A stretch of 64,000 bases of DNA from Opitutales bacterium (GTDB lineage: Bacteria > Verrucomicrobiota > Verrucomicrobiia > Opitutales > UBA2987). Positions 21,407-33,883 of this stretch are shown here, piece by piece (the stretch's first letter is position 1; every line of letters starts with the position of its first letter). The notes beneath the pieces were generated by a model, which did not search any database, was not told where the DNA came from, and worked only from the letters and a program-made list of their open reading frames with translations. A program made the translations under genes and the position numbers. Location: NCBI GenBank assembly GCA_965226885.1, contig CBDDEL010000010.1, positions 320,001-384,000 on the forward strand, in the 5' to 3' direction.

Positions 21407-21649
21407 TTACTCGGCTCACCCACAAACATTGCCGTCGCCACCTCGCTCTTGAACAGGCAGGTGGCCGCATCCGATTGGTGCGGTGTCGAAAAAATCTTGA
21501 CCATATTGGAAAGCCAGGACCCCTTTCCTCCATTTGTTCCTTATTGGCGATCCAGAATACAGTTTAATCAGGGCCTCTACGAGCAAAGCTGGCATTCCTT
21601 GCAGGTTTTTTTAAATACGGCTTCATCCCGGTAAACCCCTGTCTCCTAC

Positions 21650-23250
21650 CTACCTCCGAACCACCATTGCCCTGTCCAAAAAAGCTTTCGCCTGGGTTCG
21701 GACCCTGGCAATCGAATCCACTCCCGTGACGATTATTTCGAGAGAACGCCGCCCCTTTATTTTTTCTCCCGCAAATGCCGCCCGCAAACGATCCTGGGCC
21801 GTTCGTGCCATGGGTATGACCGCCTCATTCTGATTGTCGTTCCAAACCGCAAAAAGTACGTGCACCTTTTGGCCCCTCGCGCTGAAAGTATAAGATTTCA
21901 GGTTTAGTTGGAGGCCGTCTTTTTCCCACAATAGCGGTTTGTCCGTGGCCGATAGCTGAAAACCGGCTGCCGGCAGACAGACCTCCGGCTTGTGGACATC
22001 GGCAAAGGAGGAAATTTTTCCCTCCTCCCAGACGAAAAAATAGGCGTTCCATTTTTCACTTTTGCGAGGACGCCAACTGGCCTGCGTCCCTTCAGAATAT
22101 CGCAGAATGGAGCGTATCTGAGATGGTATTTTTTCAAACTCCACTGTGGAGCCGACCTGCGACCATTCGATCGATGCAATCAATGGATCGGCTGTTTCCT
22201 GGGAATCTCCCCGCTGGAACCACCAGGCGGATACGGGGTAACTGAGCAGGCAGATAATGACCAATATTACCGCTTCCCTCCGGCCCAGCCAGTTGAGGGG
22301 GGATTCGCCCATGGGGCGGCTTTGCGGCCCTTCCGCCGCACCCTTTCGGCGCAAATTATTAATGACCAGGGTCAGGCCCAGGATGATGAGAAAGGCGCCG
22401 AAAGAGACCAGGTAGCCCACCGGATCGTGCCAGTTTTGCATAACATCTCCGCCATCTTTATAAGTGATATAAGTTAGCAAAAACGTCCTCCCCAATAAGT
22501 TAGCAAAACCGTCCTCCCCACATTGAGGATGACGGAGACTATCGAACCGAATACAATCAAAACGAGGCGCAGCCACAACCGGTAGCGAAATAATTCGCCC
22601 AGAAAATAGGCTGCCATAATGGTGGACTGAAAAGACCTCACTCCGCTACAGGCTTCCTCCACCCCGACCCACCCATTGGCTAGTTGGATCAAATTACCTT
22701 CCCGCACCGCGTAAAATCCCAGCAAATTCATGAAATCAACCGTTATGGCGGCCACCATGCGCATGAGTCCCTGAGTCAGGTTTTGCTCGAATTGCATGGG
22801 CCAGGGAACCGCGAAAAGGAATATGGCCAGCGCCGGAGCGAACCATCTGCCCCACGATTTGCCACCCAAAATTACCAGGAAAGCCCATGACACCGCATAA
22901 ATCAGAAGAGCCTGAGCCCAGTAAACCATGCGCCAGTCGGGATTGGATTCCCAGATGATTTTCAGGGGAAAAAGGAGGAGGGCGGCAGCCCAGAGCAATC
23001 CCTTAACGGGAAATTTCGAAGCATTGCCGCTTTCAATTCGAGGCCTGTTCAACCACCTCAGGTAAAGAAGATACAGGGTGATAAATGGAACCAGATAACC
23101 GAAACGGTACTGCTCGTTGATCGACCATTCAAGGCTCAAAACCCGTATCAGGTCGCCCCAGAAAATAGCCAGCAGGAGAAGATTTACGGCTGCCAGCCCC
23201 GACCAGTTCAACTTCGTCCTGATCCTAGTCCTCCTCTTTCGCTTTTTCAT
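21650..23250 (-). pseudogene. Exosortase fused to an EpsI-like domain, frameshifted by a 26-bp duplication
   Basis: VEEACSGVRS (catalytic Cys), NVGR, WHD, HKPEVCLPAAG; removing 26 bp gives 524 aa. Confidence 0.87.
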
Positions 23251-23289
23251 TGAGATCGGCTTGAAATACGCGCCGGACGGCCATCGGTA

Positions 23290-25269
23290 TTAGAAGCTAT
23301 TGGCCGCCTCGACAATGCTTTCGGGTTTCATGCCCATTTCTTTTAAAACGGTAGCCCCTGGAGCGCTCAGGCCGAACCGGTCGATGCCGATTACCTTCCC
23401 CTCCATGCCCACATAGCGATACCATAGGCCCGTCACCCCAGCTTCGATGGCGATTCGTCTTCGGCAGCCTGAGGGAAGCACGCTCTCCCGGTATTCGGCG
23501 GACTGCCGGTCGAAACGCTCAAAAGAGGGCATTGAGACGACCCTGGCGCCATTACCCAACTCATTGGCGGCCGTCATGGCATGCTGCAATTCACTTCCGG
23601 TCGCCAATATGATTAGGTCCAATTCTCCCCTTTCCCGTCTCGCAATATAGGCTCCACGAAGAACCCCGGCCCTGCGGTCGGAAACCGGAATCTCGCTCAA
23701 ATTGGGGACGTTTTGGCGCGACAGAATGATAGCGGTCGGCCCATCCGTTTTTTCCAATGCGCCCACGAAGGCGCCCGCTGTTTCCTCTGGATCGCCTGGG
23801 CGGATAACATCAAGATTAGGCACACAGCGCAAGGAACTGACCATCTCCACCGGCTGGTGGGTCGGGCCATCCTCGCCCACCGCTACCGAATCGTGCGTAA
23901 AAATATAATTGACCGGCAACTTCGACAAAGCCGCCAGGCGGATGGAGGGGCGCATATAATCTGAAAATGCCAAAAAAGTGGCTCCAGACACCCGAAAGAC
24001 GCCGTAATAGGCCATTCCGTTGAGCATGGCGGCCATGGCGTGTTCGCGAATTCCAAACCAGATATTGCGGCCCGCATGATTTTCCCGGGAAAAATCCCCG
24101 CCCTCGGGCAGGTAGTTTCTGGTTGAACCGTAGAGATCGGCGCTGCCGCTTACAATCAACGGAAGAGCTTCGGCCAGGCATTGCAATACGGTTCCACCGG
24201 AGGCGCGGGTGGCCGCAGAATCCTCCGGCCCAAATTCCGGAATTTTATCGAGCAAACCCTCCGGCGTTTTCCCGCTCAGCGCATTTTCCAGCAAGGCGGC
24301 TTTGTCCGGGTTGGCGGATTCCCAGGCCGAAAAAACTTCCAGCCATTGGGCGTGTTGTTTGGCCAAGTCATTTTTGTGCTCGGCGAAATACGCCCTCACC
24401 TCATCCGATACATAAAACTTTTCTTCGGGCAGACCGAGGCCCCGCCTTGCCGAATCGGCAAACTTGGCCCCGCCTTCCCCGTGGGCCTTGTTGGTTCCGG
24501 CCACTTCGGGAATGCCCCGCCCGATTTCGGTTTTAGCAATGATGAACTTCGGGCGGCCATTGTCGGCGTTTTTGGCCGTTTCGAGGGCTCTCAGAAAGGC
24601 TTCCATGTCGTGCCCGTCCACGGTGGAAACATCGAAGCCATAGGCCTCGTAGCGCTTGGCCGTATCCTCGCTTTGGGTCACGTCCGCCATAGCGTCTAAA
24701 GTTACATCGTTGGAATCGAAGAGGAGGATGAGGTTGTCCAGGCCATTGTGACCGGCGAAGGAAGCGGCTTCGGCCGAAATGCCTTCCTGCAGGCAGCCGT
24801 CCCCGGCCAGACAAATGATGTGGTGGTTGAAAATTTTGTGCTCCGGGGTATTGAACATGCGCTCCGCCATTTTTGCCGAAACCGCCATACCGACGGCATT
24901 TCCCACCCCTTGCCCAAGAGGACCAGTAGTAGATTCAACACCGGGCGTCTCGCCAAATTCGGGATGTCCCGGCGTTTTGCTGTGCAACTGCCGAAAAATG
25001 CGAATTTCCTCCATAGGCAGATCGTAACCGCTCAGGTGAAGCCAGGCATAGAGAAACATGCTGCCGTGCCCGGCCGAGAGGACAAAACGATCCCGGTCCA
25101 GCCAATGCGGGTCCGCCGGATTCATTTTCAAAGCCTGCCCAAAGAGCACAGCGCCCATCTCGGCTGCGCCAAGAGGTAGTCCCAGATGGCCGATGCCCGC
25201 CGCATGAACGGCGTCGATGGCCATACCCCGCGCCTCGGTGGCCGCTTTTTGAAGATTTTCAGTATCCAT
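23290..25269 (-). CDS. tkt: Transketolase
   Basis: [39 protein letters not shown]. Confidence 0.97.
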   Translation of the reverse strand: MDTENLQKAATEARGMAIDAVHAAGIGHLGLPLGAAEMGAVLFGQALKMNPADPHWLDRDRFVLSAGHGSMFLYAWLHLSGYDLPMEEIRIFRQLHSKTPGHPEFGETPGVESTTGPLGQGVGNAVGMAVSAKMAERMFNTPEHKIFNHHIICLAGDGCLQEGISAEAASFAGHNGLDNLILLFDSNDVTLDAMADVTQSEDTAKRYEAYGFDVSTVDGHDMEAFLRALETAKNADNGRPKFIIAKTEIGRGIPEVAGTNKAHGEGGAKFADSARRGLGLPEEKFYVSDEVRAYFAEHKNDLAKQHAQWLEVFSAWESANPDKAALLENALSGKTPEGLLDKIPEFGPEDSAATRASGGTVLQCLAEALPLIVSGSADLYGSTRNYLPEGGDFSRENHAGRNIWFGIREHAMAAMLNGMAYYGVFRVSGATFLAFSDYMRPSIRLAALSKLPVNYIFTHDSVAVGEDGPTHQPVEMVSSLRCVPNLDVIRPGDPEETAGAFVGALEKTDGPTAIILSRQNVPNLSEIPVSDRRAGVLRGAYIARRERGELDLIILATGSELQHAMTAANELGNGARVVSMPSFERFDRQSAEYRESVLPSGCRRRIAIEAGVTGLWYRYVGMEGKVIGIDRFGLSAPGATVLKEMGMKPESIVEAANSF

Positions 25270-25451
25270 AAAAATAATTTCTAAGCTGGTTATTGGTTAA
25301 AAAAGAAGCCATCTAGGCTAAAACTCCTCTTTGAGCAAGGCAATCGAGAAAAAGGTGCGTTCGCCAATACATGTAACTTAAATGTTATTTCTATTATAAA
25401 TTTGGTATTTCAGGCCTTGGTCAATCGCAGCCGTCGGGAGATTCTCGATCT

Positions 25452-25660
25452 TGACGTGACCGCCAAAAACACAACCATTTCCAGTGAGAGCCTTTCCGCA
25501 GAAATTACCGGAAAAATATTTGAAGCAAAAATGATTCACCCCAGAACAGATCATAACGATACTGCGCAAAGTAGACTCAGGCCAAGGCATTAATGTTGCT
25601 CGCTCACCCAATACATTTGCCAGACTCTGGCCAACTTGCAACAAAGCAGCTACGGGCTGT
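25452..25660 (+). mobile_element. Decayed, multiply deleted remnant of IS3 type C
   Basis: TGACGTGACCGCCAAAAACAC resembles the left end at 54478, followed by spliced pieces of orfA and orfB. Confidence 0.75.
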
Positions 25661-25807
25661 ACTGCTCCCTTTTCTGCGGCCTTAAATATACCGGAATTAA
25701 TCCGATTGTTCAAGATTGAAAGGTTTCCCGATTGAAAGGTTTCCCAATAGAAATGTTGCTGGGAAAACTTGCCAGATTGACAGGCATCCCTACTATAGTT
25801 AGCCGTT

Positions 25808-26218
25808 ATGAGTCATGAAGAACTGGAGGAAGGATCGAATCTGCAACTCGATTTTACGAAATTGGCCAAGGCCACGGCCTGCGGGGAAGACCTCGTGCCC
25901 GCCGTGGCTCAGGATGCCGATACAGGGGAAGTGCTTATTGTTGGTTACGCCAACCGTCTGGCCCTGGAAACGTCTTTAAAAGAGGGTAAGGCCACCTTTT
26001 GGAGCACTTCGCGCAATGAGCTATGGATCAAAGGCGCCACCAGCGGCGATTATCTGGAAATCGAGCAAGTGCTGGTCAACTGCGAGCAAAACGCGATTCT
26101 CTACCGCGTGCGCCCGGCCGGAGAAGGCGCCTGCCACACCAAAGGACCCGATGGGCGAGCCCGCAAGAGCTGCTATTATCGCAAAATCCAGCCCGATGGG
26201 AAGCTGGAGCATCTTTGA
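25808..26218 (+). CDS. hisI: Phosphoribosyl-AMP cyclohydrolase
   Basis: LVPAVAQDADTGEVL, FWSTSRNELWIKGATSG, NCEQN, ACHT, SCYYR. Confidence 0.92.
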   Translation: MSHEELEEGSNLQLDFTKLAKATACGEDLVPAVAQDADTGEVLIVGYANRLALETSLKEGKATFWSTSRNELWIKGATSGDYLEIEQVLVNCEQNAILYRVRPAGEGACHTKGPDGRARKSCYYRKIQPDGKLEHL

Positions 26219-26297
26219 TAGGGAGCTATTGGTGCGGAAAAAAGTATTTATCCAACTTTCCCTGATTGCGAAGACGCACAATAGCTTGCTAGCTAAA

Positions 26298-28193
26298 TCA
26301 TTCCATCACTTTCACTAAGTGTTTCTCAATTTTGGCGTAAAGTTCATCGCTTTGGAAAGGTTTGGCCAGATGGTCCGTGCAGCCGGCGGCAATCTGCTCA
26401 GCTACCGCATCTTTGCCGGTTGCGGCTGTCAGTGCTATTATGGGTGTGTTGGCGAATTCAGGGAAGCTCCGCAATTTTTTAGTTAATTCCAATCCTCCCA
26501 TCAAGGGCATTCGCATATCCACAAGTATAATCTCTGGCTGATGATTTGGGGCAATTTTGAGAGCTTCTTGTCCGTTAAGGGCTACAGCCACTTTGTGATT
26601 GTAGGCTTCAAGCATCTGGCTTCAAGCATCTCCAGGATCATGGTTATCAATTCTTTATTATCTTCAACCACGAGTATTCGCCTGCCGGTTAGAAATGCTT
26701 CAATTGTTTCAACTTCCAACGTCGTCACCTGTTCGGTACTCGAATCCGCTGACTTTACAAGAGGCAAAGGGCAAAGTAAACCAGAATTTACTGCCCTGAC
26801 CTGGTGTGCTTTCCACTCCTATCTTTCCGGCGTGCAACTCCACCAACCGCCGGGTTAGAGCCAGCCCAATGCCGGCTCCTCCCATTCCCTCGTCTCGCAC
26901 CCTGTCCACTTGGTAAAACTCGGAAAAAATGTCCTCGATCTGATCGGCCGGAATACCAACACCGCTATCCTGAACTGAAATCCTGATTGCTGAATCACCC
27001 ACCAACTCTGTGCGTATTACAATGAGGCCATTTTCCGGAGTATATTTGATCGCGTTGGAAAGCAGGTTGAGCAGGATTTGCTTGCATTTGCGAAGATCGC
27101 ACCAAATTTCGCTTATCGCTGGATCGATCGAAGATTCCACATTTATTCTTTTCTTATCAAACTGCGTTTTCAATAGAGATAACATAGCATCAATAAGGTC
27201 CTCGGCCGAAAATACCTCCATCTCGATTTCAGTCTGTCCGGAATCGATTTTAGTGAGATCCAAAATATCATTAATTAAGTTCAAAAGATATTTACTACTT
27301 TCCTCGATCATCTCCATTGAAGCTGTCTGCTTTTTATTCAAGGTACCGAAAAAATTCCTTAACATCATGTCGGAATATCCAATTACAGCACTGAGAGGGG
27401 TTCGTAACTCATGACTCATGTGAGACAAAAATCTACCTTTTGCCTGGTTGGCTAAGGCTGCTCGTTTGGTCGAAATTTCGGCCTCATTGATAGCTCTCTT
27501 CAACTTTTCCTGGGCTTCCTTGTAATCAGTAATGTTCTGATCGAATCCGATGGCCCCAACATGACGGCCTTCTTTGTCCAAGCCACCCGACCGGCCTGCA
27601 CAATGGATGTGACGGACAGAACCATCCTTTAAAATTATCCGGAACTCTATATGTCGTAATTCTCCTTGGGGCAAAGTAACCCAGTTGATTTTATTCAACA
27701 TCTCTCGATCATCTGGATGGACCTGTGCCATAACAGATGCTTCTATTGGTGTTACCTCACCAGGTTCAAACCCGTGAATTCTATAATATTCCTCCGACCA
27801 ATAGCCCTCTCCGGTGACATTATCATATTCCCATTGGCCGATATTTGCAATACGCTGTACCTCAGAAAATCGTTCATCTCTTTTCCTGAGAGCTTCTTCC
27901 GCCATTTTTCGATAAGTAATATCGACGTTTGATACTATTACCCTGGACCAGGTATCCTCGTAACCGGAAACGATAGTTATAACAGCTAAAGTGTGATTGA
28001 TCCCACCCTCATTATCGTAGGCGGTAAATTCCGATTCGAAGCTGTTCATCCCATCAATAAAAGAAAGCAGTTCCTCGCCAAAAGACTCAAGGGAATCGCG
28101 GGTTAATACTTTATCTAAGGGGATAAAAAGATCTGCTTTTTTACTGGCTTTTCGAAGCACAACCGTAGCTTGGTTCGCATCGACAAGTGGTAG
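26298..28193 (-). pseudogene. Hybrid sensor histidine kinase (PAS-HisKA-HATPase-REC); 5' end lost at an IS; two frameshifting duplications
   Basis: MSHELRTPL, NLLSNAIKYT, GAGIGL, ILVVEDN, DMRMP; duplications at 26763-26776 and 26604-26631. Confidence 0.9.
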
Positions 28194-28232
28194 TGATGTG
28201 CACTGGAAAAAGTGGACACGAGATTCTCCTAA

Positions 28233-29798
28233 CCCGGATATTTCATGAAGGGTAAAGTTTGGCTCGTTATTGCTATTGGAGATGGATTTCTTTGTATTTT
28301 GAGCAGATCGTCTTGATTTTTAGGTGTTTTTCAGGGTGTAGAGACACTGCCCCCTTTCCCCCATTGGTTCGGTAGTGCCGGGGGCAGCACCAATGCACCC
28401 TTTAGGTTGGCACCAATCGGCGGGCCGCATGGTTGAAAAGACTGGCCCAAGGATAACTCTCACTTAGGTGAAAGTGAATCGTTCGGGTGTTGCGCACGAT
28501 GACCGCTCCGATCTTGATTAATTTGAGCCGCAGGGTGTGGCATTGGGCCCGCGCCCACTTCGTCCCTTTTAAGGCTAACCGGCGCATGGCTTCCATCAAG
28601 GTGTAGGCCAGCGCCGACAAGAGCAATCGCCACTGATTGGCCCACCATTGATGGGCGCTGGTGCGCTCGCTGAACAATTGCATCTGTTCCTTGATTCGGT
28701 TCTCCATTTCACCGCGGCCACAGTATACCTTGTCGTAAAGCTCCTGGGGATCGCCCGGCAGGTTCGTCACCACGAAGCGCGGGTTGGACCCCTGTGCGGT
28801 GTGTTCGGCTTTATGGATGACCAACCGCAGCCATCGCCACGAATCGGCAGCATAGACGAAGTCCTGGAATAACCGTTGTTTTTTACCCCTTAGTTCGAAC
28901 CATTCTTTGGCCTGCTTTTGCAACTGCTGGGCGTCTTGCTGCAAGCGTGCATTGCGAGCCATCCCCACGATGTAACTAACTTCGTTGCGGTCGCACCAAG
29001 AGAGTATCCGGTCTCGACAAAATCCACTGTCGGCGCGCCAAATAATCCGCGTACGGGGCCAGCTTTGGCGAATCCGTTTAACCAGCAATTTGAGGATGGC
29101 CCCGGCATGCTTGCTGGCATCGATCTTGCTCGGCCGCAGGTAGGCCACCAGCAGCTGATCACCGCAAAAAACATATAGCGGCAGAAAACAGTAATGATCA
29201 TAATAACCGTGGAAAAAACGTCCCTCCTGGAGCCCGTGCACCGGATTGTCGGTGGCGTCAAAGTCCAGGATGATCTCTTCGGGTTCCTCGGCAAAGGAGC
29301 CCATGAACTGTTCGACCAACAGCTCGTTTACCGCAAAGGCCGCCCGCCGATCCTGCCCGTTTTCAAAACGACACAAAGTCGGCGCGCTGGCCAACGTTTC
29401 AATGCGCCCCGTTACCGTTTGCAACAATGGATCGTGGCGCAGGGTATCAAAGTCGTTCAAATCCTCATAGCCCGCCACCAGCCCGTAAACGCGCTGCCGC
29501 AGCATCCCCAAGACCTCATGGCGTACTTTGCCCTTCTGCCGTTTGTCCACTAACTGTCGGGCCGCTCGTTCGGTCAAGCCCAACTGCCGATCCACTTCCC
29601 GGATCAAAAGCAGTCCGGCATCCGAAGTAACCTCTCCGCCCTTGAAATCAACCCGCACACGGCGGCCTTTTACCCTTGTCAACTGTAGCTTTAATTGTTT
29701 ACCTTTTGTCATCGCTGATATTGCTTTAATTATTGATCTATCCTGCTGTATATCAGCAGTTAAGCATATCAACGATACTTTTTTACGAAATATCCGGG
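28233..29798 (-). mobile_element. IS1380-family element (allele B), complete
   Basis: IRs intact; CTAA on both sides; transposase 28402-29772. Confidence 0.93.
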
Positions 29799-30620
29799 CT
29801 AACTTCGTTGCGGTCGCACCAAGAGAGTATCCGGTCTCGACAAAATCCACTGTCGGCGCGCCAAATAATCCGCGTACGGGGCCAGCTTTGGCGCATCCGT
29901 TTAACCAGCAATTTGAGGATGGCCCCGGCATGCTTGCTGGCATCGATCTTGCTCGGCCGCAGGTAGGCCACCAGCAGCTGATCACCGCAAAAAACATATA
30001 GCGGCAGAAAACAGTAATGATCATAATAACCGTGGAAAAAACGTCCCTCCTGGAGCCCGTGCACCGGATTGTCGGTGGCGTCAAAGTCCAGGATGATCTC
30101 TTCGGGTTCCTCGGCAAAGGAGCCCATGAACTGTTCTACCAACAGCTCGTTTACCGCAAAGGCCGCCCGCCGATCCTGCCCGTTTTCAAAACGACACAAA
30201 GTCGGCGCGCTGGCCAACGTTTCAATGCGCCCCGTTACCGTTTGCAACAATGGATCGTGGCGCAGGGTATCAAAGTCGTTCAAATCCTCATAGCCCGCCA
30301 CCAGCCCGTAAACGCGCTGCCGCAGCATCCCCAACCTCATGGCGTACTTTGGCCTTCTGCCGTTTGTCCACTAACTGTCGGGCCGCTCGTTCGGTCAAGC
30401 CCAACTGCCGATCCACTTCCCGGATCAAAAGCAGTCCGGCATCCGAAGTAACCTCTCCGCCCTTGAAATCAACCCGCACACGGCGGCCTTTTACCCTTGT
30501 CAACTGTAGCTTTAATTGTTTACCTTTTGTCATCGCTGATATTGCTTTAATTATTGATCTATCCTGCTGTATATCAGCAGTTAAGCATATCAACGATACT
30601 TTTTTTACGAAATATCCGGG
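29799..30620 (-). mobile_element. IS1380 5' half (partial, frameshifted)
   Basis: Begins at an internal CTAA of the transposase gene and ends at the left IR; 2-bp deletion near 30336. Confidence 0.9.
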
Positions 30621-30759
30621 CTAAATGGAGAATCGAAGCATGGGAAGAAGACGCAGTATAGAGTTCAAAAATGAGGCAGTTCAACTGATGATACTCGATG
30701 GTCTGAGCGCCACCGAGGTATCGACCAAACTTGGGGTCAACACCAACCAATTGTATAGG

Positions 30760-33373
30760 TGACGTGTACTGGATTTGTTGGACACGGGATTCTCTTATAT
30801 TCATTGTTTATTGATTAGTGTGTCAGGCGGCTTGTTTTGGTAAAGGGTTTTGTTTTCTCGTTGCCCCCCATGGGGGGCAAATATTTTCCTCGAATTGGAC
30901 TGGGCTTTGGTAACTCAGAGAGGAATGTTTGCGATATCGGTTGTAGAAGATTTCCACGTATTCGAAGACAGTTGATCGCAGTTCGCGCTCGTCGGCAAAG
31001 TGGCGGCCTCGAATCGTGCTGGTCTTGAAGCGGCCGTAGAACGATTCCATGGCCGCGTTGTCGTAGCAGTTGCCTTGGGCGCTCATGCTCGGCTTCATGC
31101 CTAGTTCAGAGACCAGCCTCTGATAGTCGTCGCTGGCGTAGGGGCTGCCCCGATCGCTGTGATGAATAATCCCGGTGCGCAGTGTGCCGCGGGTCATGGC
31201 CGCGGCTTTGAGGGCCTTGCCAACCAGCTTCGCGTCGTTGTGGTTGGAAACGCTCCAGCCCAGCAGGCGTCGGCTGAACAGGTCCATCACCGTGGCCAAG
31301 TACATCCAACCGGCCAGGGTCCGTAGGTAGGTCGTGTCCGCCACCCAGACCTCGTCGATATGGGTCGGCTGGCCATGCTTTTTAAGCACATTGGGGCTGT
31401 AACCATAGGGATGGTTACTGTTGGTTTTTAATGGCTTAAAGCGTTTACTCTGGGTGCTTTTGATTCCCATTTCACGCATCAGACGCAGAGCCCGGTCACG
31501 GCCGCAATCGATGCCCTCATCATCCTTCAGATGGCGGTGCATTGGCCGATGCCCATAGCGGCTGATCGGACCCCATCTTTGCTACCACTTTAAGTGAGAG
31601 TATTTCCGTAGGTTTGGTATTGTAGGTTTTGCAGCGGGTGGCGCAATGAGGCCGTAGGCCGAATGGAGCCAGCCGCTGCTTTGTTGATTGTTCGCCAGAG
31701 TCTGGCAAATGTATTTGGGGAGAGAAAGCCTAATCGGCTGTGGGGGTGTTTCGCGTTGTATTTGTGTCGCCATTGTTCGACCACCACACGCGCTTCGGTC
31801 ACGCTCAGGAACAGTTCCTGGTTAAGGCATTCATCGCGCAAACGATTATGAAAGGATTCTATATGTCCATTCTGCCAAGGGCTTCCTGGATCAATGTATG
31901 CGATGGCAATTTCCTGTCGCTGCAGTTCTTCTTTGACTTGGTGGGCTATAAACTCCGATCCGTTGTCCGAGCGGATGCACTGAGGTTTGCCGTTCTCTCT
32001 TATGGCATCGTTCAATACCTCTACCACATCGGCACTTTTCAGTGAGCGCGCAACCTTAATGGCCAGGCATTGACGGGTATGTTCATCGATCAGTGTCAAG
32101 AGCCTGAGCGGACCGCCCCGGTCGGTGCGATCCGCCACGAAGTCCCAACTCCACACATGGTTGGGCTGCACTGCTCGGGTCGGGGTAGCCGTGGATTGGC
32201 CCTGCCGGCGACGGCGCTTGCCAGACGGGCGCACACCCAGTCCTTCGAAACGACGCACTTTTTGGACGAATTTGCGACTCACGGGCCAACCTTCATGGGC
32301 CAACAAAGCGCGGATCCGACGATAGCCATAGCGCGGATGCTTCTTCGAAAAGGCAATGATGCGTGCCACCAGTTTATGCCTATACTCAGTAGCTTTCTTG
32401 GGTTCATACAGGTAGGTTGAGCGGTGCAACCCAAAATACTGACAGGCCCGACGCAGCGAGCACGACCCTTGGGCCAATACATGCTTCACCGCTTCCTTTT
32501 TCTGCTTCGGGCCTACCATTTTTTTGCGTTCACCTCCTTGAGCACACGGTTCTCCAGCATCTGCTCGGCTACTATCTTCTTAAGCTGCGTGTTTTCGCGC
32601 TCCAGCTCCTTCAGCCGCTTGGCGCCACGCAGCTCCATGCGGCCATACTTTTTACGCCAACGATGGTAGCTTTGAGGACTGATATTGTGGGACCGACAGA
32701 CATCCTGAATGCCTTTGCCTGCGTCTACTTCGCGCAGTATCGTTATGATTTGTTCAGGGGTGTATCTTTTTTGCTTCATAGGTCTTTCCGGTAATTTCTC
32801 CAGAAAGACTCTCACTGGCAATGGTAGTGTTTTCGGCGGTCACATCACGGCCCTTGGCCTCTTTGTGTACCTTCAGGATCGCCCCCTTGATTCCCTCGTC
32901 CTCGATCCGCCGGGCCGAGGGCGCTCGGTGCCTCCAGCAGTAATAGCCACTGCGACAAATCCCCATCGCCGAGCATATTTCCTCGATCTTGAAGCGCCCC
33001 TCGTTGTCTTTGACAAACTGGTACTTCATTGTTCGTCCTTGGCAAAGTAGCCCACCGTTTTTTTTAGTATCTGGTTGATCCGCTCCGAGCGGCGCAGCTC
33101 TTTGCGAAGACGATCTATCTCGGCCGCCATCTCCTTCGGACTGCTCTGTCGCTTTGAGGTGGCTTCGCCCTGCTGATCGTCCAGATAGAGCCTCTTCCAC
33201 CTATACAATTGGTTGGTGTTGACCCCAAGTTTGGTCGATACCTCGGTGGCGCTCAGACCATCGAGTATCATCAGTTGAACTGCCTCATTTTTGAACTCTA
33301 TACTGCGTCTTCTTCCCATGCTTCGATTCTCCATTTAGGAGAATCTCGTGTCCACTTTTTCCAGTGCACATCA
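30760..33373 (-). mobile_element. IS3 type A interrupted by IS3 type C
   Basis: Both IRs present; no TSD (AGG vs GAA); orfA 33026-33334; orfB split at 31562/32848. Confidence 0.92.
31563..32847 (-). mobile_element. IS3-family element type C (IS407-group-like)
   Basis: Ends TGATGTGACCGCC/GGGGTCCGATCA; 4-bp TSD CGGC; orfA 32513-32779, orfB 31590-32519 (WSWDF, RSDNGSEF, PGSPWQNGHIESF). Confidence 0.93.
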
Positions 33374-33710
33374 GAACATGAAATATGTACTGGGGCTGAG
33401 AAAGACGCACAGTCTTAGCGTTTGTATCTAGCTCGAAGCTGCCAATGCATACATCCCCCTCATAGAGGCTAAAGTTGCCTTGCCCGTTGGGGGCTTCTTC
33501 TGACACGAGGAGATCTGGAATTCTGGATTGATCCACACTAGAAATGGCCGATCGATCTAGCAACCGTAGTGCGCGCGCTATGAAGGATTTTCCCATGCCG
33601 TTTCTGGCGAAAATGAGGTTCTGCTTCCGATCTGACAAGCTTTGGCACAACTTCATTATCGGGCCAATGTGCTGTACTTTGATCGAAAGGCGAGTTTTCG
33701 GTATAGCGTT
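33374..33710 (-). pseudogene. N-terminal fragment of an ABC/SMC-type P-loop ATPase (AAA_13-like)
   Basis: IKVQHIGPI...NLIFARNGMGKSFIARAL...YIFHV; bounded by IS21 and IS3. Confidence 0.65.
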
Positions 33711-33883
33711 TGTAAACGCCGGGATGAAACCGGTACGGGGGTCGGGGTAAAACCGGTACGCTTGGAATAAGGTTTAGGTTAGTAATTGCAGGTACGTCAA
33801 GGTTTAGGGTTTGGGAGTTGGTTTTGGGGATTGGCTTGGGGTCGGTGAGGAGGCCGGAGGCCGACGAGCCGGGCCCAAGGCGT

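Larger units (their letters stand above)
18099..21634 (+). pseudogene. O-antigen ligase family protein with TPR-like C-terminus; 1-bp deletion (~19516) plus IS630 insertion
   Basis: FPNRNQ, SRAG, GAGMSNF, HPESDWLWLWAELG; about 800 codons after removing the IS and restoring 1 bp. Confidence 0.85.
28194..30759 (+). mobile_element. Left-end fragment of IS3 type A carrying 1.5 copies of IS1380
   Basis: Left IR at 28194; IS1380 inserted at CTAA (28229-28232); orfA resumes at 30621 and is cut at 30759. Confidence 0.9.

Noticed and set aside
28402..30117. 571-aa extended IS1380 transposase
   Set aside because: The extension is an off-frame read of the adjacent partial IS1380 copy
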